From IMG/VR virus record IMGVR_UViG_3300030329_003334, positions 30,022-94,021 of that record: DNA of 64,000 nt. One strand, given 5' to 3'. The position numbers were made by a program, and so were the translations under genes. The notes under the pieces were generated by a model. The model saw only the letters and a program-made list of their open reading frames with translations, was not told the origin of the DNA and ran no database searches. Source of the stretch: a virus. Shown here in pieces: positions 20,062 to 29,344 of this stretch. Each line of letters starts with the position of its first letter. Positions within the stretch are counted from its first letter, which is position 1.

Positions 20062-21238
20062 ATGTTAATATTTCATTTAATGTTTCTATCCATTCACAGT
20101 TATAATCATTTTGAGTTCTCTTTCGTACCCATTTAACTTCCTGAGTACCACGTACATAGAGATTTATATACAAAGCTTGTTTACCTTCTATCATTCTTAA
20201 TACTCTACCTCTTCTTTGTATATTATCTAATGCTTTAGAACTACCTGCAGCACATATTCCAAGAGAACATTCTGGTACATTTAAACCAGCATTTAATGCT
20301 TTAACAGAACTTATTAATCTTACTTTAGTTCTTCCATCACCGAATTCTTTGAGAGCTCGTTTCTTGTCTTTAAGTTTCATTTTAGAATGAAAAGTTATAC
20401 ACTCTTCTCCTAAAATATCTTGTAGATTCTCCGCAAAGTTAATACTTTGACTAAAAACAAGACCCTTTCTGTTAGGAAATTTATTAACAATTTTCTTGAT
20501 TAATTCTACTTTATTTACAGCATTATAGCAAATATTTTTCCTTTTTTGCATTGCCATATAAAATATATTTGCCCATTTAGCTTCTTCTTTATCTTTAGAA
20601 TTCTTTAATTTTGTAGCATTCTCAAAAGCTACAAATCTACCTCCTAATTCATTAGTTGCTTTATTAAATAATGTATCAAATCTCTTATATTCTTTAACTT
20701 CTTCTTCGGTAAAACTTACTCCTAAATTATATACTTTATATGGTGATACTAATTCTAGATCTAATGCATCTAAAGTATCTGTTTTTTTAATTGTAGGCGC
20801 AAATCCTTTTAGATATTCTTTATATTCATCATTTTCTGGTTCTGTAGCTGTTAAACAATATATATTATCAAAACTATTATTTTCGTATAAGTTTCTATAT
20901 TCATAAGATAAAGTAGTATGTACTTCATCTACTATTAATATAGAACAGGTATAATTTTCCCATTTGTATACAGTTTGTATACATTGTATATCTATTCGAT
21001 CTTTATATTTAGATAATTTCCATTTTTTTAATTCATTTGGCCATTCATTATCTCTTAAATTTTCAGTAGGAACAACTATTAAAGCCTTATTATATATATC
21101 TTTAGATAAAATATGATCAATTGCCATTAATCCCATTTTAGTTTTACCTATACCTGTAGCTGCTATAGAAGTTCCTTTACAATTATTATTTATCCACGCA
21201 TCTATATGTTCTTTTTGTTCTTTATCTTTATTATTCAT
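20060..21238 (-). CDS. Superfamily 2 DNA/RNA helicase
   Basis: ATGIGKT; IVDEVH; LTAT; LNAGLNVP; QRRGRVLR. Confidence 0.88.
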   Translation of the reverse strand: MNNKDKEQKEHIDAWINNNCKGTSIAATGIGKTKMGLMAIDHILSKDIYNKALIVVPTENLRDNEWPNELKKWKLSKYKDRIDIQCIQTVYKWENYTCSILIVDEVHTTLSYEYRNLYENNSFDNIYCLTATEPENDEYKEYLKGFAPTIKKTDTLDALDLELVSPYKVYNLGVSFTEEEVKEYKRFDTLFNKATNELGGRFVAFENATKLKNSKDKEEAKWANIFYMAMQKRKNICYNAVNKVELIKKIVNKFPNRKGLVFSQSINFAENLQDILGEECITFHSKMKLKDKKRALKEFGDGRTKVRLISSVKALNAGLNVPECSLGICAAGSSKALDNIQRRGRVLRMIEGKQALYINLYVRGTQEVKWVRKRTQNDYNCEWIETLNEILT

Positions 21239-21486
21239 ATTAAAATATTTATAATTTTTCTAAATCTTGCCATTACTTGTGTAAAAGTTTTGGAAGATTT
21301 ATTATAATACATTGGACTTAGAGGTACAAACTGATGCTTTTCCATTGTTTCATTTACTCCCTTTTGTAATCTTTTTTTATTAGGACCTTCAGCTAAAATA
21401 ACTTCTTCTATATCAGGCATAAACCTATCGTGAGGCCCTCTGTCATTACCAAAAAGCTGTTTTTTCTTTTTTGTTTGTTTTTTCAT
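21235..21486 (-). CDS. Hypothetical protein
   Basis: 83-aa ORF overlapping the helicase start. Confidence 0.55.
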   Translation of the reverse strand: MKKQTKKKKQLFGNDRGPHDRFMPDIEEVILAEGPNKKRLQKGVNETMEKHQFVPLSPMYYNKSSKTFTQVMARFRKIINILI

Positions 21487-21503
21487 GTTGTGTGTAATTT
21501 AAT

Positions 21504-21707
21504 AAAAGAGCGGGTAAGCGCTCTTTTGGTACTACGACTGATAAAACAAGTATTAGTTCTAGCTTACCCTAGAACTGTAAAAAGGAAAGAAAGAGAAATT
21601 GCATAACTGTATGTATATTACTAACGCAATATTTCATATACTATCTAGTTTTCTCTCTTTCTAACCTATTAATTAAAGGCAGAAATCATGACATAACGAC
21701 CTTTAAT
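21504..21707 (-). ncRNA. Cluster of four intercistronic hairpins including a kissing-loop pair
   Basis: AAAAGAGCG-GGTAAG-CGCTCTTTT; AGTTCTAG-CTTACC-CTAGAACT; AGAAAGAGA/TCTCTTTCT; ATTAAAGG/CCTTTAAT. Confidence 0.6.
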
Positions 21708-21951
21708 CATTTTTATCTTCTTTAAATACTACAGTTTTAAATCTATCATCTTCTGGATTATTATCTGTATATTTATTTTTCCATTTATCTACCTCTGCAA
21801 AATATAGTTTTCTGAATTTATCTAATTCTTCTCGCGTATCTTTAATTTCTATTGATACTACAGAAAACGTTAACAACGATCCAAGTATTGCTCCTCCTGC
21901 TATTGATATAGCTATTACCAGTAAAGGTACAAATATATTTGTATATTCCAT
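21703..21951 (-). CDS. Small membrane protein
   Basis: N-terminal hydrophobic helix followed by a charged tail. Confidence 0.6.
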   Translation of the reverse strand: MEYTNIFVPLLVIAISIAGGAILGSLLTFSVVSIEIKDTREELDKFRKLYFAEVDKWKNKYTDNNPEDDRFKTVVFKEDKND

Positions 21952-22196
21952 TATTTCTTAAATTTAATATGTTTTATTTTTATTTTACTTATACAAGATT
22001 CAATTTTAATTATATCTATGTATCCATTTTTATCATAAGGAACATAGTCTAATCCTGTAATTTTATTAAACTTCTTCATATCATTATCTATTAGATTTAA
22101 TATATACTTTTGAAAATCTATCATTTTCTGAAGTTCTTCTCTGAATTGTTTTTTAGTTATTTTATTCTTTTTTAACTTTTTAATTGTTTCTTTCAT
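21951..22196 (-). CDS. Hypothetical basic protein
   Basis: Translationally coupled to its neighbour. Confidence 0.55.
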   Translation of the reverse strand: MKETIKKLKKNKITKKQFREELQKMIDFQKYILNLIDNDMKKFNKITGLDYVPYDKNGYIDIIKIESCISKIKIKHIKFKK

Positions 22197-22218
22197 AATT
22201 TTAAATATTAAATAAAAA

Positions 22219-22345
22219 AGAAGAGAGTCCAGCTGACCTGAGTAACGTTGTTGTACCCTTCAGGAATAAACCACTATAGTGTTTCGTTTAATTTATTCTC
22301 TGGGGAATCTATTTCCAGTACTTCTGAGGTATGAAACTCTCTTCT
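22219..22345 (-). ncRNA. Multibranch intercistronic RNA element downstream of polA
   Basis: 10-bp closing stem AGAAGAGAGT/ACTCTCTTCT followed by a U-tract on the minus strand; inner stems CCTGA/TCAGG and GAATAAA/TTTATTC. Confidence 0.55.
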
Positions 22346-22356
22346 ATTTATATTAT

Positions 22357-24255
22357 TTATTTACACCATTTATCTGATATATTTTCATCTACAACCATAT
22401 CAACGTCTTTGCAGATAACTTTACCTGCTGCTAACATTAATTTTTCTTGCTGACTTACCCAATGATCTACATAATCTTCTCTTACTTCACAAGTTATTTC
22501 ATCATGTACTTGTGAAACTATTCTAACTTTATCATGTAAATTATTCATTATAATATAATCAGCAATCCAGGCTAATGCTTGTTTTATCATATCAGCTCCT
22601 GATCCTTGAATCGGTGTATTTTTAGATGCTCGTTCAATTTCGCCTAATCTTTGAAATTTATGAGAATTTGGCATAGTGTCTAAATCTTTATGATCTTCAA
22701 ACCATCTAATCCTTCTATAAGGCTTAAATGTTTTAATATATCCATATTTTTTCCCATAATTACCTAATGAATTAAGAAACTTTTTAATTTTAGGCAAAGA
22801 CTCAAAATATTTATCAATAAAATGTTTAGCATCTGTCTGTGGTATATCTAAAGTATCTGCTAATTTCATATATGACATGCCATAAGCTAAACCAAAATTA
22901 ATAGTTTTGGCTACATCTCTGTAAGATTTACCTCTTAAAAAATCAGGTTTATTTTTAACTTTATTTATATCTATATCAAATACTAAAGCAGCTACTTTAC
23001 CGTGAACATCTTCTCCTTTATTAAATGCAGTTAACCACATAGGGTCCTTCGATCCCTCAGCAATTAATCTTAACTCCTGGCCTGAATAATCCATAGTAAC
23101 TAATTTCCATCCTTCTTCAGCATGAAAACAGTTTCTATATTTATCATCAGCTGGTATATTTTGCATATTAGGATAACTCTGATATGAATATTTACCTTTT
23201 TGCCCAGAAGACACACGACCTGTATTTAATATTTGCCAAAATACAGTATGTATTTTTTGACTACTTTTATTTAAATATTTAATAAATTCTTTACCATATG
23301 TAGTTCTTAATTTAGCTTTCTTTCTATAATCTATTATAGTTTTAATAAGAATATGCTGCTTCTGCCTTTTAAATAATTCTAACATATTAGTGTTCTGTAA
23401 ACTAGGATCCAGGGTTTGTAATACTTTAGTTACCTGTGACGGGGACGACCATTTAATACCTACCTCCCTTCCTTTTTTACCAAACATATCTAATTGAATA
23501 CCAGGTAGTTTGAATTTTTCTAACTCTTTTGTAGATAGTACTATATTATCTAGTTCAGTCTCTAATTCTTGTGAAGTATCTTCGGCATTCTTTGCTAGCT
23601 CCAGCCACCTGTCTTTATCAAAACACATACCATTCCATTCTATTTCAGCAAATGCTCTTAAGGCCCCATTTTCTAAATCTAAAACGTTCTTCAGATCTAA
23701 ATTATTAATTGATTCCATTTGTTTCTCTCTTATAGGTATCAAATATTCTACATCTTTAGCACCATATATAATTTGATTTTCTGTAAATGGTTCACCTTTT
23801 TTTATTTTACTAAACTCTCCTCTAGTATCCTTTTCCATTTCTACTCCCATGTACCTAAGCAATACTTTATCTAATCCATATCCATATCCTCTTTTTCCAC
23901 AGTTTAAGACTACCTCTGCTAACATAGTATCATATATACCATTCAATCTAAATCCAAAACTACTTAAAATAAATTTATAATCAAATTTTAAATTATGGCC
24001 TAATTTGATCCATCTATCGTCTTCAAATAAAGGGCGTAATATACTTATATCAATATCTCTAGTATCTATAACGAACTGCACATTCTCATCTCCAATTTGA
24101 AGCATAATAACTTTATTTTTATGCCAGTCTACTCCATCAGTTTCAGTATCTATAGCTACAAAAGTTTTATAATTAAAATAATCTATTACATCATTTAATG
24201 TAGCTGTTTCTAAATTATTAAAAACTGTTTGTTTATTACTTATATATTTAATCAT
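22357..24255 (-). CDS. polA: Family A DNA polymerase with 3'-5' exonuclease
   Basis: IDTETDG and HNLKFD (exonuclease); TGRVSS...PNMQNIP; DYSGQELR (motif A); KTINFGLAYG (motif B); QVHDE (motif C). Confidence 0.95.
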   Translation of the reverse strand: MIKYISNKQTVFNNLETATLNDVIDYFNYKTFVAIDTETDGVDWHKNKVIMLQIGDENVQFVIDTRDIDISILRPLFEDDRWIKLGHNLKFDYKFILSSFGFRLNGIYDTMLAEVVLNCGKRGYGYGLDKVLLRYMGVEMEKDTRGEFSKIKKGEPFTENQIIYGAKDVEYLIPIREKQMESINNLDLKNVLDLENGALRAFAEIEWNGMCFDKDRWLELAKNAEDTSQELETELDNIVLSTKELEKFKLPGIQLDMFGKKGREVGIKWSSPSQVTKVLQTLDPSLQNTNMLELFKRQKQHILIKTIIDYRKKAKLRTTYGKEFIKYLNKSSQKIHTVFWQILNTGRVSSGQKGKYSYQSYPNMQNIPADDKYRNCFHAEEGWKLVTMDYSGQELRLIAEGSKDPMWLTAFNKGEDVHGKVAALVFDIDINKVKNKPDFLRGKSYRDVAKTINFGLAYGMSYMKLADTLDIPQTDAKHFIDKYFESLPKIKKFLNSLGNYGKKYGYIKTFKPYRRIRWFEDHKDLDTMPNSHKFQRLGEIERASKNTPIQGSGADMIKQALAWIADYIIMNNLHDKVRIVSQVHDEITCEVREDYVDHWVSQQEKLMLAAGKVICKDVDMVVDENISDKWCK

Positions 24256-24808
24256 CTTTTAATTCTTCTTTACAATCATCACACATATTATAAGCTTTCT
24301 TTAAAAGCCCAACAAATCTACCACTCATGCTTTTAGCATCTTCACCTTCTATAATAAGGTCATCTCTAGGAATTAAACTAAGATTATTATTTTCTTCTTT
24401 TATTTCAAAACTCATTGCTGCCATATTTTCTCCTAAAAATTCAAACCATAAATTCAATAATTCTATTCTTTCTTCATGCTGAGAAGGCCTCATCTGCATT
24501 GCTTCTTCTTTAGTTAAATTTTCTGTTATTTCTCTAGGTAATGCCCAAGCTTCAGATGCAAAACAAATAATATTAGTTTCAGCTGTTCTGATCATATCTA
24601 ACATTATTTCTAATACTGCGTCCTTACCATTTTGACTTTCGAATCCTTCCATAGGTAATCCAAATTTCTTTCTATAACCATCTTTAGATAATAAAAATAA
24701 AGCTGGAGATAATCTTAAATTTTCATTTAAATATAAATTAGTAACAAACTTTAATGTAGCTAATTTAAAATCATTAATTTCTTCTTTAGTTGGTTTTTCA
24801 ATTGACAT
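24248..24808 (-). CDS. Hypothetical protein
   Basis: 186-aa ORF containing SEAW...RPSQH..RIE. Confidence 0.65.
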   Translation of the reverse strand: MSIEKPTKEEINDFKLATLKFVTNLYLNENLRLSPALFLLSKDGYRKKFGLPMEGFESQNGKDAVLEIMLDMIRTAETNIICFASEAWALPREITENLTKEEAMQMRPSQHEERIELLNLWFEFLGENMAAMSFEIKEENNNLSLIPRDDLIIEGEDAKSMSGRFVGLLKKAYNMCDDCKEELKDD

Positions 24809-24844
24809 AATAATATAATTTATTGGTTAATACTTAAAAAAATA

Positions 24845-24946
24845 CCTCAACTCTAATAGGATCCATGATCTAGATAAAAACGGAAACTATAAAAATCTAG
24901 GTATAGTTCTTCAATGTATAAACTATACAATCCTATTAAAGTGAGG
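24845..24946 (-). ncRNA. Three-way-junction intercistronic RNA element
   Basis: Closing stems TAATAGGAT/ATCCTATTA and CCTCA/TGAGG; inner hairpins CTAGAT/ATCTAG and GTATAGTT/AACTATAC. Confidence 0.55.
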
Positions 24947-24957
24947 GTGAAATATTT

Positions 24958-25251
24958 TTAATCTTCAGTCTCGTCAGGTGGCGTGTCTTCTGATTGTTGT
25001 TGTGCGGCTTCTATATATTTTATGGTTTGATTTACCATATCTTCTTCATGACCTTTAAATTCTTTGTAATAAGTTCCCATTAATTTACTTGGCCATATAT
25101 GTTTACCTTTAAGTTTTTGTTTTTCTATTGTTTTAATTAACTTACGTCTAGCTTTATACTCTTCATAAGTTTCTCCTTCTAATCTATATGATGCACTAGA
25201 AAATTTAAATTCTTTTTCTACAGATCTATCTTCTTTTTTATCTTTAGCCAT
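24958..25251 (-). CDS. Hypothetical protein (start revised to MAKDKK)
   Basis: ATG overlaps the upstream stop; RLEGETYEEYKARRK motif. Confidence 0.6.
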   Translation of the reverse strand: MAKDKKEDRSVEKEFKFSSASYRLEGETYEEYKARRKLIKTIEKQKLKGKHIWPSKLMGTYYKEFKGHEEDMVNQTIKYIEAAQQQSEDTPPDETED

Positions 25252-25586
25252 TATTTTGTTTTTAAAACATCTAATAAATAACATTCAGAATCATTATGTA
25301 AATAATTATATATATCTATTATTTTATATTTACCTCTTTCATTAAATGTTATAGTATTACCTATAGATAGCACAGGGCCTCCTTCATACGCTATTTCTAT
25401 TATTTTTCCTTCTTCTTTATCATCATATTTTATGGATGAAGTTGGATCATCAGAATAAATAATTATTCCTCCTTCGTCTTCAGGTAAAAACTTAAATGTA
25501 CGTCTTTGTTTGTCTTTATTTAATATATTTATTACTCTTCTCTTCATATTAAATGCAAACATACAAAAAATAATATACATTAGCAA
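25251..25586 (-). CDS. Hypothetical protein
   Basis: ORF with an EGGP motif; true start may lie further downstream. Confidence 0.55.
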   Translation of the reverse strand: MLMYIIFCMFAFNMKRRVINILNKDKQRRTFKFLPEDEGGIIIYSDDPTSSIKYDDKEEGKIIEIAYEGGPVLSIGNTITFNERGKYKIIDIYNYLHNDSECYLLDVLKTK

Positions 25587-25589
25587 CTA

Positions 25590-25823
25590 TTACATATTTT
25601 TTTTCAACATAATAGTGTGTATATCATGGCATCTTCTGTTAGTTTTAAATGGAGATTTCATTGTATTATAAGATTCAAATTTATATAAAGGTACACTTAA
25701 TTCTATTTCTCCACTATATTTAAAATAGTTATCAAAATTAATTACAGTACTTTTATATAATTCATTTAATCTTTGTTCTGTTTTTTGTTCTTCTATAAAA
25801 TTTTTTATTATATCTTCGTCCAT
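25590..25823 (-). CDS. Hypothetical protein
   Basis: Co-directional small ORF. Confidence 0.55.
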   Translation of the reverse strand: MDEDIIKNFIEEQKTEQRLNELYKSTVINFDNYFKYSGEIELSVPLYKFESYNTMKSPFKTNRRCHDIHTIMLKKNM

Positions 25824-25993
25824 AAGTCTTCTTCTTTTAAATTATATTTTTTCATTAAGTTTATTAATTTTCTCTTTAATGTACTTTTTTTAGCACTTGG
25901 AACATCAAACGGACTATCCATTACAACTCTTTTCATTCTAGTTATTGTTTTAGATAGATTTTTACAAATTTCTATTGCAGATTCTTTTGACAT
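25808..25993 (-). CDS. Hypothetical protein
   Basis: Co-directional small ORF. Confidence 0.55.
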   Translation of the reverse strand: MSKESAIEICKNLSKTITRMKRVVMDSPFDVPSAKKSTLKRKLINLMKKYNLKEEDLWTKI

Positions 25994-26020
25994 AATTATT
26001 TGGTTTTAGTTAATAAAAAA

Positions 26021-26070
26021 AGAACGGAGCTACAAATTGGCTAGTCGTAATACTTGTAATACTCCGTTCT
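26021..26070 (-). terminator. Long hairpin with U-tract (terminator or processing site)
   Basis: AGAACGGAG/CTCCGTTCT 9-bp stem, inner TACAA/TTGTA; A-run on + reads as U-run on -. Confidence 0.6.
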
Positions 26071-26098
26071 CTCTCCTCGTACAACACACAACAAGAAA

Positions 26099-26578
26099 TC
26101 ATTTAAAGACTTTATTAAATTTATCAGAACAATCTTCTAATTCATTATCTATAATATCTCTTATTCTCATTAATATAGAAATTAAAGAATTGTCTGTTAA
26201 ATCTTTTAAATTTATATTAAAATTAGATAGCTTAATCTTTTCATCTTTATATTTGTCTTTCTTATTAATATATTTATCTATTTGTTTAAGTTTATCTACA
26301 AAATCACTAGGATTATCTACATCAGCTAAAGATTTTAATAATCCATCAGCATTAGAAGAATATTCATCCTTATTATTATCAGGTAACTTAATTTCTACAT
26401 TAATAGATATTTTATTAATACTAGAATTCTTATCCATATTAATAATAGCTTCACATGCATTATTAATAGTTTCCTTATAGTTTCTAAATTTATCACAAAG
26501 TTCTACTATATTCTTTGTTTGATTAAACTTAGCTTTTACTATATCATAATTTTTAACTGTATCTTTTTTACTAGCCAT
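26099..26578 (-). CDS. Hypothetical protein
   Basis: 159-aa ORF. Confidence 0.6.
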   Translation of the reverse strand: MASKKDTVKNYDIVKAKFNQTKNIVELCDKFRNYKETINNACEAIINMDKNSSINKISINVEIKLPDNNKDEYSSNADGLLKSLADVDNPSDFVDKLKQIDKYINKKDKYKDEKIKLSNFNINLKDLTDNSLISILMRIRDIIDNELEDCSDKFNKVFK

Positions 26579-26605
26579 AATATTTATTTTTATACATTTA
26601 TAATA

Positions 26606-27001
26606 TTAGAAATCATTCTTTTTCTCACTTAAATGAGATTCAAAACCTTCTCTATCAACACCATATGCTTGATAGCTGTTTTCTTTTCCATATGCTCTTT
26701 CAAGTATATTTTCGAATAATGCTTTAGTTATTTCAGGTGGAGGTAAATGGTGTGCCATTTGTTCTGTCATTCTATGTACAGTATTTGCATTACCAAATGC
26801 CATGCCTAAAACTAATATATCATTAGCATTTTTTGGATTAACTTTTTTAATTATTTTTTCTATAAGTAAAGATTTACTAATATCTCCTTCTTTTGCACCT
26901 ATTTCATGCATAAATTTAGGTATATCCATAGGATCTAAATTAGTAGGAACAGCTTTTGAGAAATGTTTTTCTTCATGGTCAAAATTAAATTTTATTTCCA
27001 T
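26606..27001 (-). CDS. Hypothetical protein
   Basis: 131-aa ORF. Confidence 0.6.
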   Translation of the reverse strand: MEIKFNFDHEEKHFSKAVPTNLDPMDIPKFMHEIGAKEGDISKSLLIEKIIKKVNPKNANDILVLGMAFGNANTVHRMTEQMAHHLPPPEITKALFENILERAYGKENSYQAYGVDREGFESHLSEKKNDF

Positions 27002-27554
27002 CTTTCTTGTTTTTGTTGTTAATATTTATTTCTTCTATCATACTACATATATTTTCATATTCAGAACTATCTATCATACTATCTTCAGATTTCTCTAAAG
27101 TCATTTCAAAATTATTTATAATAATATGACCATGTCCTTTAAATATAGAATAGATATTTTCACCAGGTAATATAACATATGTTGCTGTATGAACTAATTC
27201 ATCTTTTATCTTATACGGAATTACTTCTCTTGTAACTATATCACCAGCTATTTTTGTTCCAATATAATTAAGTGCTTTATCAGGTGGTACTCTTTTCCAA
27301 ACAGGAATGCCTATACTATTTCTAGACTGAAACATTAATCTAGATCTAACTAATCCAAAAGGACAATTAACGCTAACAAAATCTATTAAATAATACTCAA
27401 CTGGTTCTTGATCAGTTTCTTTTGTTATATTAATATATCCTTTTATACCATTAGAACTTTTTATTCTAATGGCTTTAGGATTATCAGATAATCTAACACC
27501 AACTATTTCAATCTCTCTGTCTTCTTTTATAAATTCTACTTCAGTCATCACCAT
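26985..27554 (-). CDS. Hypothetical protein (possible OB/beta-fold)
   Basis: GDIVTREVIPYKI....HTATYVILPGE beta-strand pattern. Confidence 0.6.
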   Translation of the reverse strand: MVMTEVEFIKEDREIEIVGVRLSDNPKAIRIKSSNGIKGYINITKETDQEPVEYYLIDFVSVNCPFGLVRSRLMFQSRNSIGIPVWKRVPPDKALNYIGTKIAGDIVTREVIPYKIKDELVHTATYVILPGENIYSIFKGHGHIIINNFEMTLEKSEDSMIDSSEYENICSMIEEININNKNKKDGNKI

Positions 27555-27738
27555 ATGCTTTAATTAATTTTAAAAGTTGCTCTGCTACATCTCCATTAAA
27601 TTCTGCATTCTTTCTGATCCAATCTCTGTTTTCTTGTATACACTTTAATAATAACTCTTGATTCTGTATAATTATTTGTAAATATTCTCCAATAATATAA
27701 TCTTTATCAGAGGTTTTCTGTTGTGTTGTTTTGCTCAT
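27541..27738 (-). CDS. Hypothetical protein
   Basis: Overlapping small ORF. Confidence 0.55.
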   Translation of the reverse strand: MSKTTQQKTSDKDYIIGEYLQIIIQNQELLLKCIQENRDWIRKNAEFNGDVAEQLLKLIKAYGDD

Positions 27739-27916
27739 TTTTCAATAGTTTTTTATAATCATTAATATAGTCTAATAAGTGTTTTGCATATGTAGTATAA
27801 TACATTGCGCCTTCAAAGTGAAATCTCACTTGTTCATCTTCTATTGCGGCTTCATACGCTTCTCTTAAACTTTTTTCTTTTTCCACCAATATACTTACTA
27901 ATTTCATTTTTGCCAT
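27707..27916 (-). CDS. Hypothetical protein
   Basis: AYEAAI...FHFEG...T.YAK.LLDYI small phage protein pattern. Confidence 0.6.
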   Translation of the reverse strand: MAKMKLVSILVEKEKSLREAYEAAIEDEQVRFHFEGAMYYTTYAKHLLDYINDYKKLLKNEQNNTTENL

Positions 27917-27918
27917 AT

Positions 27919-28221
27919 CTATTCTTTTTTAATTACTCTATCAAATTTATACCTACCCCAAAAGTTTTTCCTAAATATAATTAAATCATCTATTTTAATC
28001 AATGCAAATTCTCCAAATGTACAATAATAGGTATCACCATTTTCTAATGCAATTGCATAATTTGTATAAGGTTCTTCTATTATCTTATCTATAACTTTGA
28101 GTGTAATTTCTTTATTATATTTAAAATCATTAGCCATTGTTTGGCTATAACTATTATGACTTAGTAACATAAAAACAGTACTAATCAAAGATAGCATTAT
28201 TATTTTTATTATTGCTTTCAT
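27919..28221 (-). CDS. Small exported protein
   Basis: Bacteroidota-type signal peptide ending SYS|Q. Confidence 0.6.
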   Translation of the reverse strand: MKAIIKIIMLSLISTVFMLLSHNSYSQTMANDFKYNKEITLKVIDKIIEEPYTNYAIALENGDTYYCTFGEFALIKIDDLIIFRKNFWGRYKFDRVIKKE

Positions 28222-28242
28222 TTTAAATTCATTTAATTGTTA

Positions 28243-28662
28243 TTATTTTACCCATTCTCCTTCTTTTATATCTTTCATCTCTTTAGATATTAATCTAATT
28301 TTATTAGATCTAATTACAGACATTAATGTTTTCTTTAACTCATACATCTTATTTTCTATATCTTCATAGAACTTTGGAGATGATTTCACTACATCAAAAA
28401 TGTGAATATAATATCTACATTTAAGATCATAATTACCAACATGGTAATTTCTAGAACTTATATCTATATTCTTTTGATTATAAGATTTTAAATTTACTTT
28501 TTGAATAAATTTGTATACATCTTTACTTATTTGTAAAGTATATAGTATTTCCATAGCTCCATCTAATAATAATTTATATCTATATCCTTTATTTCTAATA
28601 GTAAACAAATCCTGCGTTATATTTTCTTGAAATATAACTGGCTTTTTAGTTTCCTTTTCCAT
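28243..28662 (-). CDS. Hypothetical protein
   Basis: 139-aa ORF. Confidence 0.55.
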   Translation of the reverse strand: MEKETKKPVIFQENITQDLFTIRNKGYRYKLLLDGAMEILYTLQISKDVYKFIQKVNLKSYNQKNIDISSRNYHVGNYDLKCRYYIHIFDVVKSSPKFYEDIENKMYELKKTLMSVIRSNKIRLISKEMKDIKEGEWVK

Positions 28663-28933
28663 TATTAAATAGTTTAATTATAATTTCTGTTAATATATCT
28701 ATTTTTCCTTCTAATATTTTTATATCTGTTGTAGCTTTATGTCTTTCATTAAGCAATTCATTCTTAGTTGCTTCTAACTCTTTTTGTACATCTATTGTAC
28801 ATGCATTACCTCTTGCTGATGGATAATTTTGTATCATTTCTAATACATCTTCATAGTTTAATATGTCATAATCAGCTTGGCCAGCACCATCATGACCTAT
28901 TTGTATTGAATTTAATATATCTTCTGCTTTCAT
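28646..28933 (-). CDS. Hypothetical coiled-coil protein
   Basis: 95-aa ORF. Confidence 0.55.
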   Translation of the reverse strand: MKAEDILNSIQIGHDGAGQADYDILNYEDVLEMIQNYPSARGNACTIDVQKELEATKNELLNERHKATTDIKILEGKIDILTEIIIKLFNNGKGN

Positions 28934-28951
28934 ATCTTTATATTTTAAGTA

Positions 28952-29167
28952 TTATTTAACTTTACATTTATTCTCATCAACACACTTTTCATCCTCTTCT
29001 AAATCCCATATAACTACCATGCCATCTCCTCCTTCACTATCCCAAGTATCTGGATGGTTATCTCTTATTTTCTCTGCTTCTTCCATTGTATCTACATTTG
29101 CTATGAAATATGTACTAACTCCACAACACATACATCCTATTTGCTGTACTAAATATCTTTTCTTCAT
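28952..29167 (-). CDS. Hypothetical protein with CxCC motif
   Basis: IGCMCCGVST. Confidence 0.6.
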   Translation of the reverse strand: MKKRYLVQQIGCMCCGVSTYFIANVDTMEEAEKIRDNHPDTWDSEGGDGMVVIWDLEEDEKCVDENKCKVK

Positions 29168-29185
29168 CTTTTTATATTTTAAATG

Positions 29186-29317
29186 TTAATATAAACTGTA
29201 AAATCCTGATAAATATAAAATGAGAAGAAATATTGATGTTCCTAATACAGATCCCCAAAATCCAACCCAAATTACTATTCCTAATAATTCTAATATTATT
29301 TTTAATATATCTTTCAT
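29186..29317 (-). CDS. Small membrane protein (43 aa; not in ORF track)
   Basis: MKDILKIILELLGIVIWVGFWGSVLGTSIFLLILYLSGFYSLY*; A-rich leader. Confidence 0.55.
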   Translation of the reverse strand: MKDILKIILELLGIVIWVGFWGSVLGTSIFLLILYLSGFYSLY

Positions 29318-29344
29318 AATTTCTTTTTTAAATAAATTGATAAA

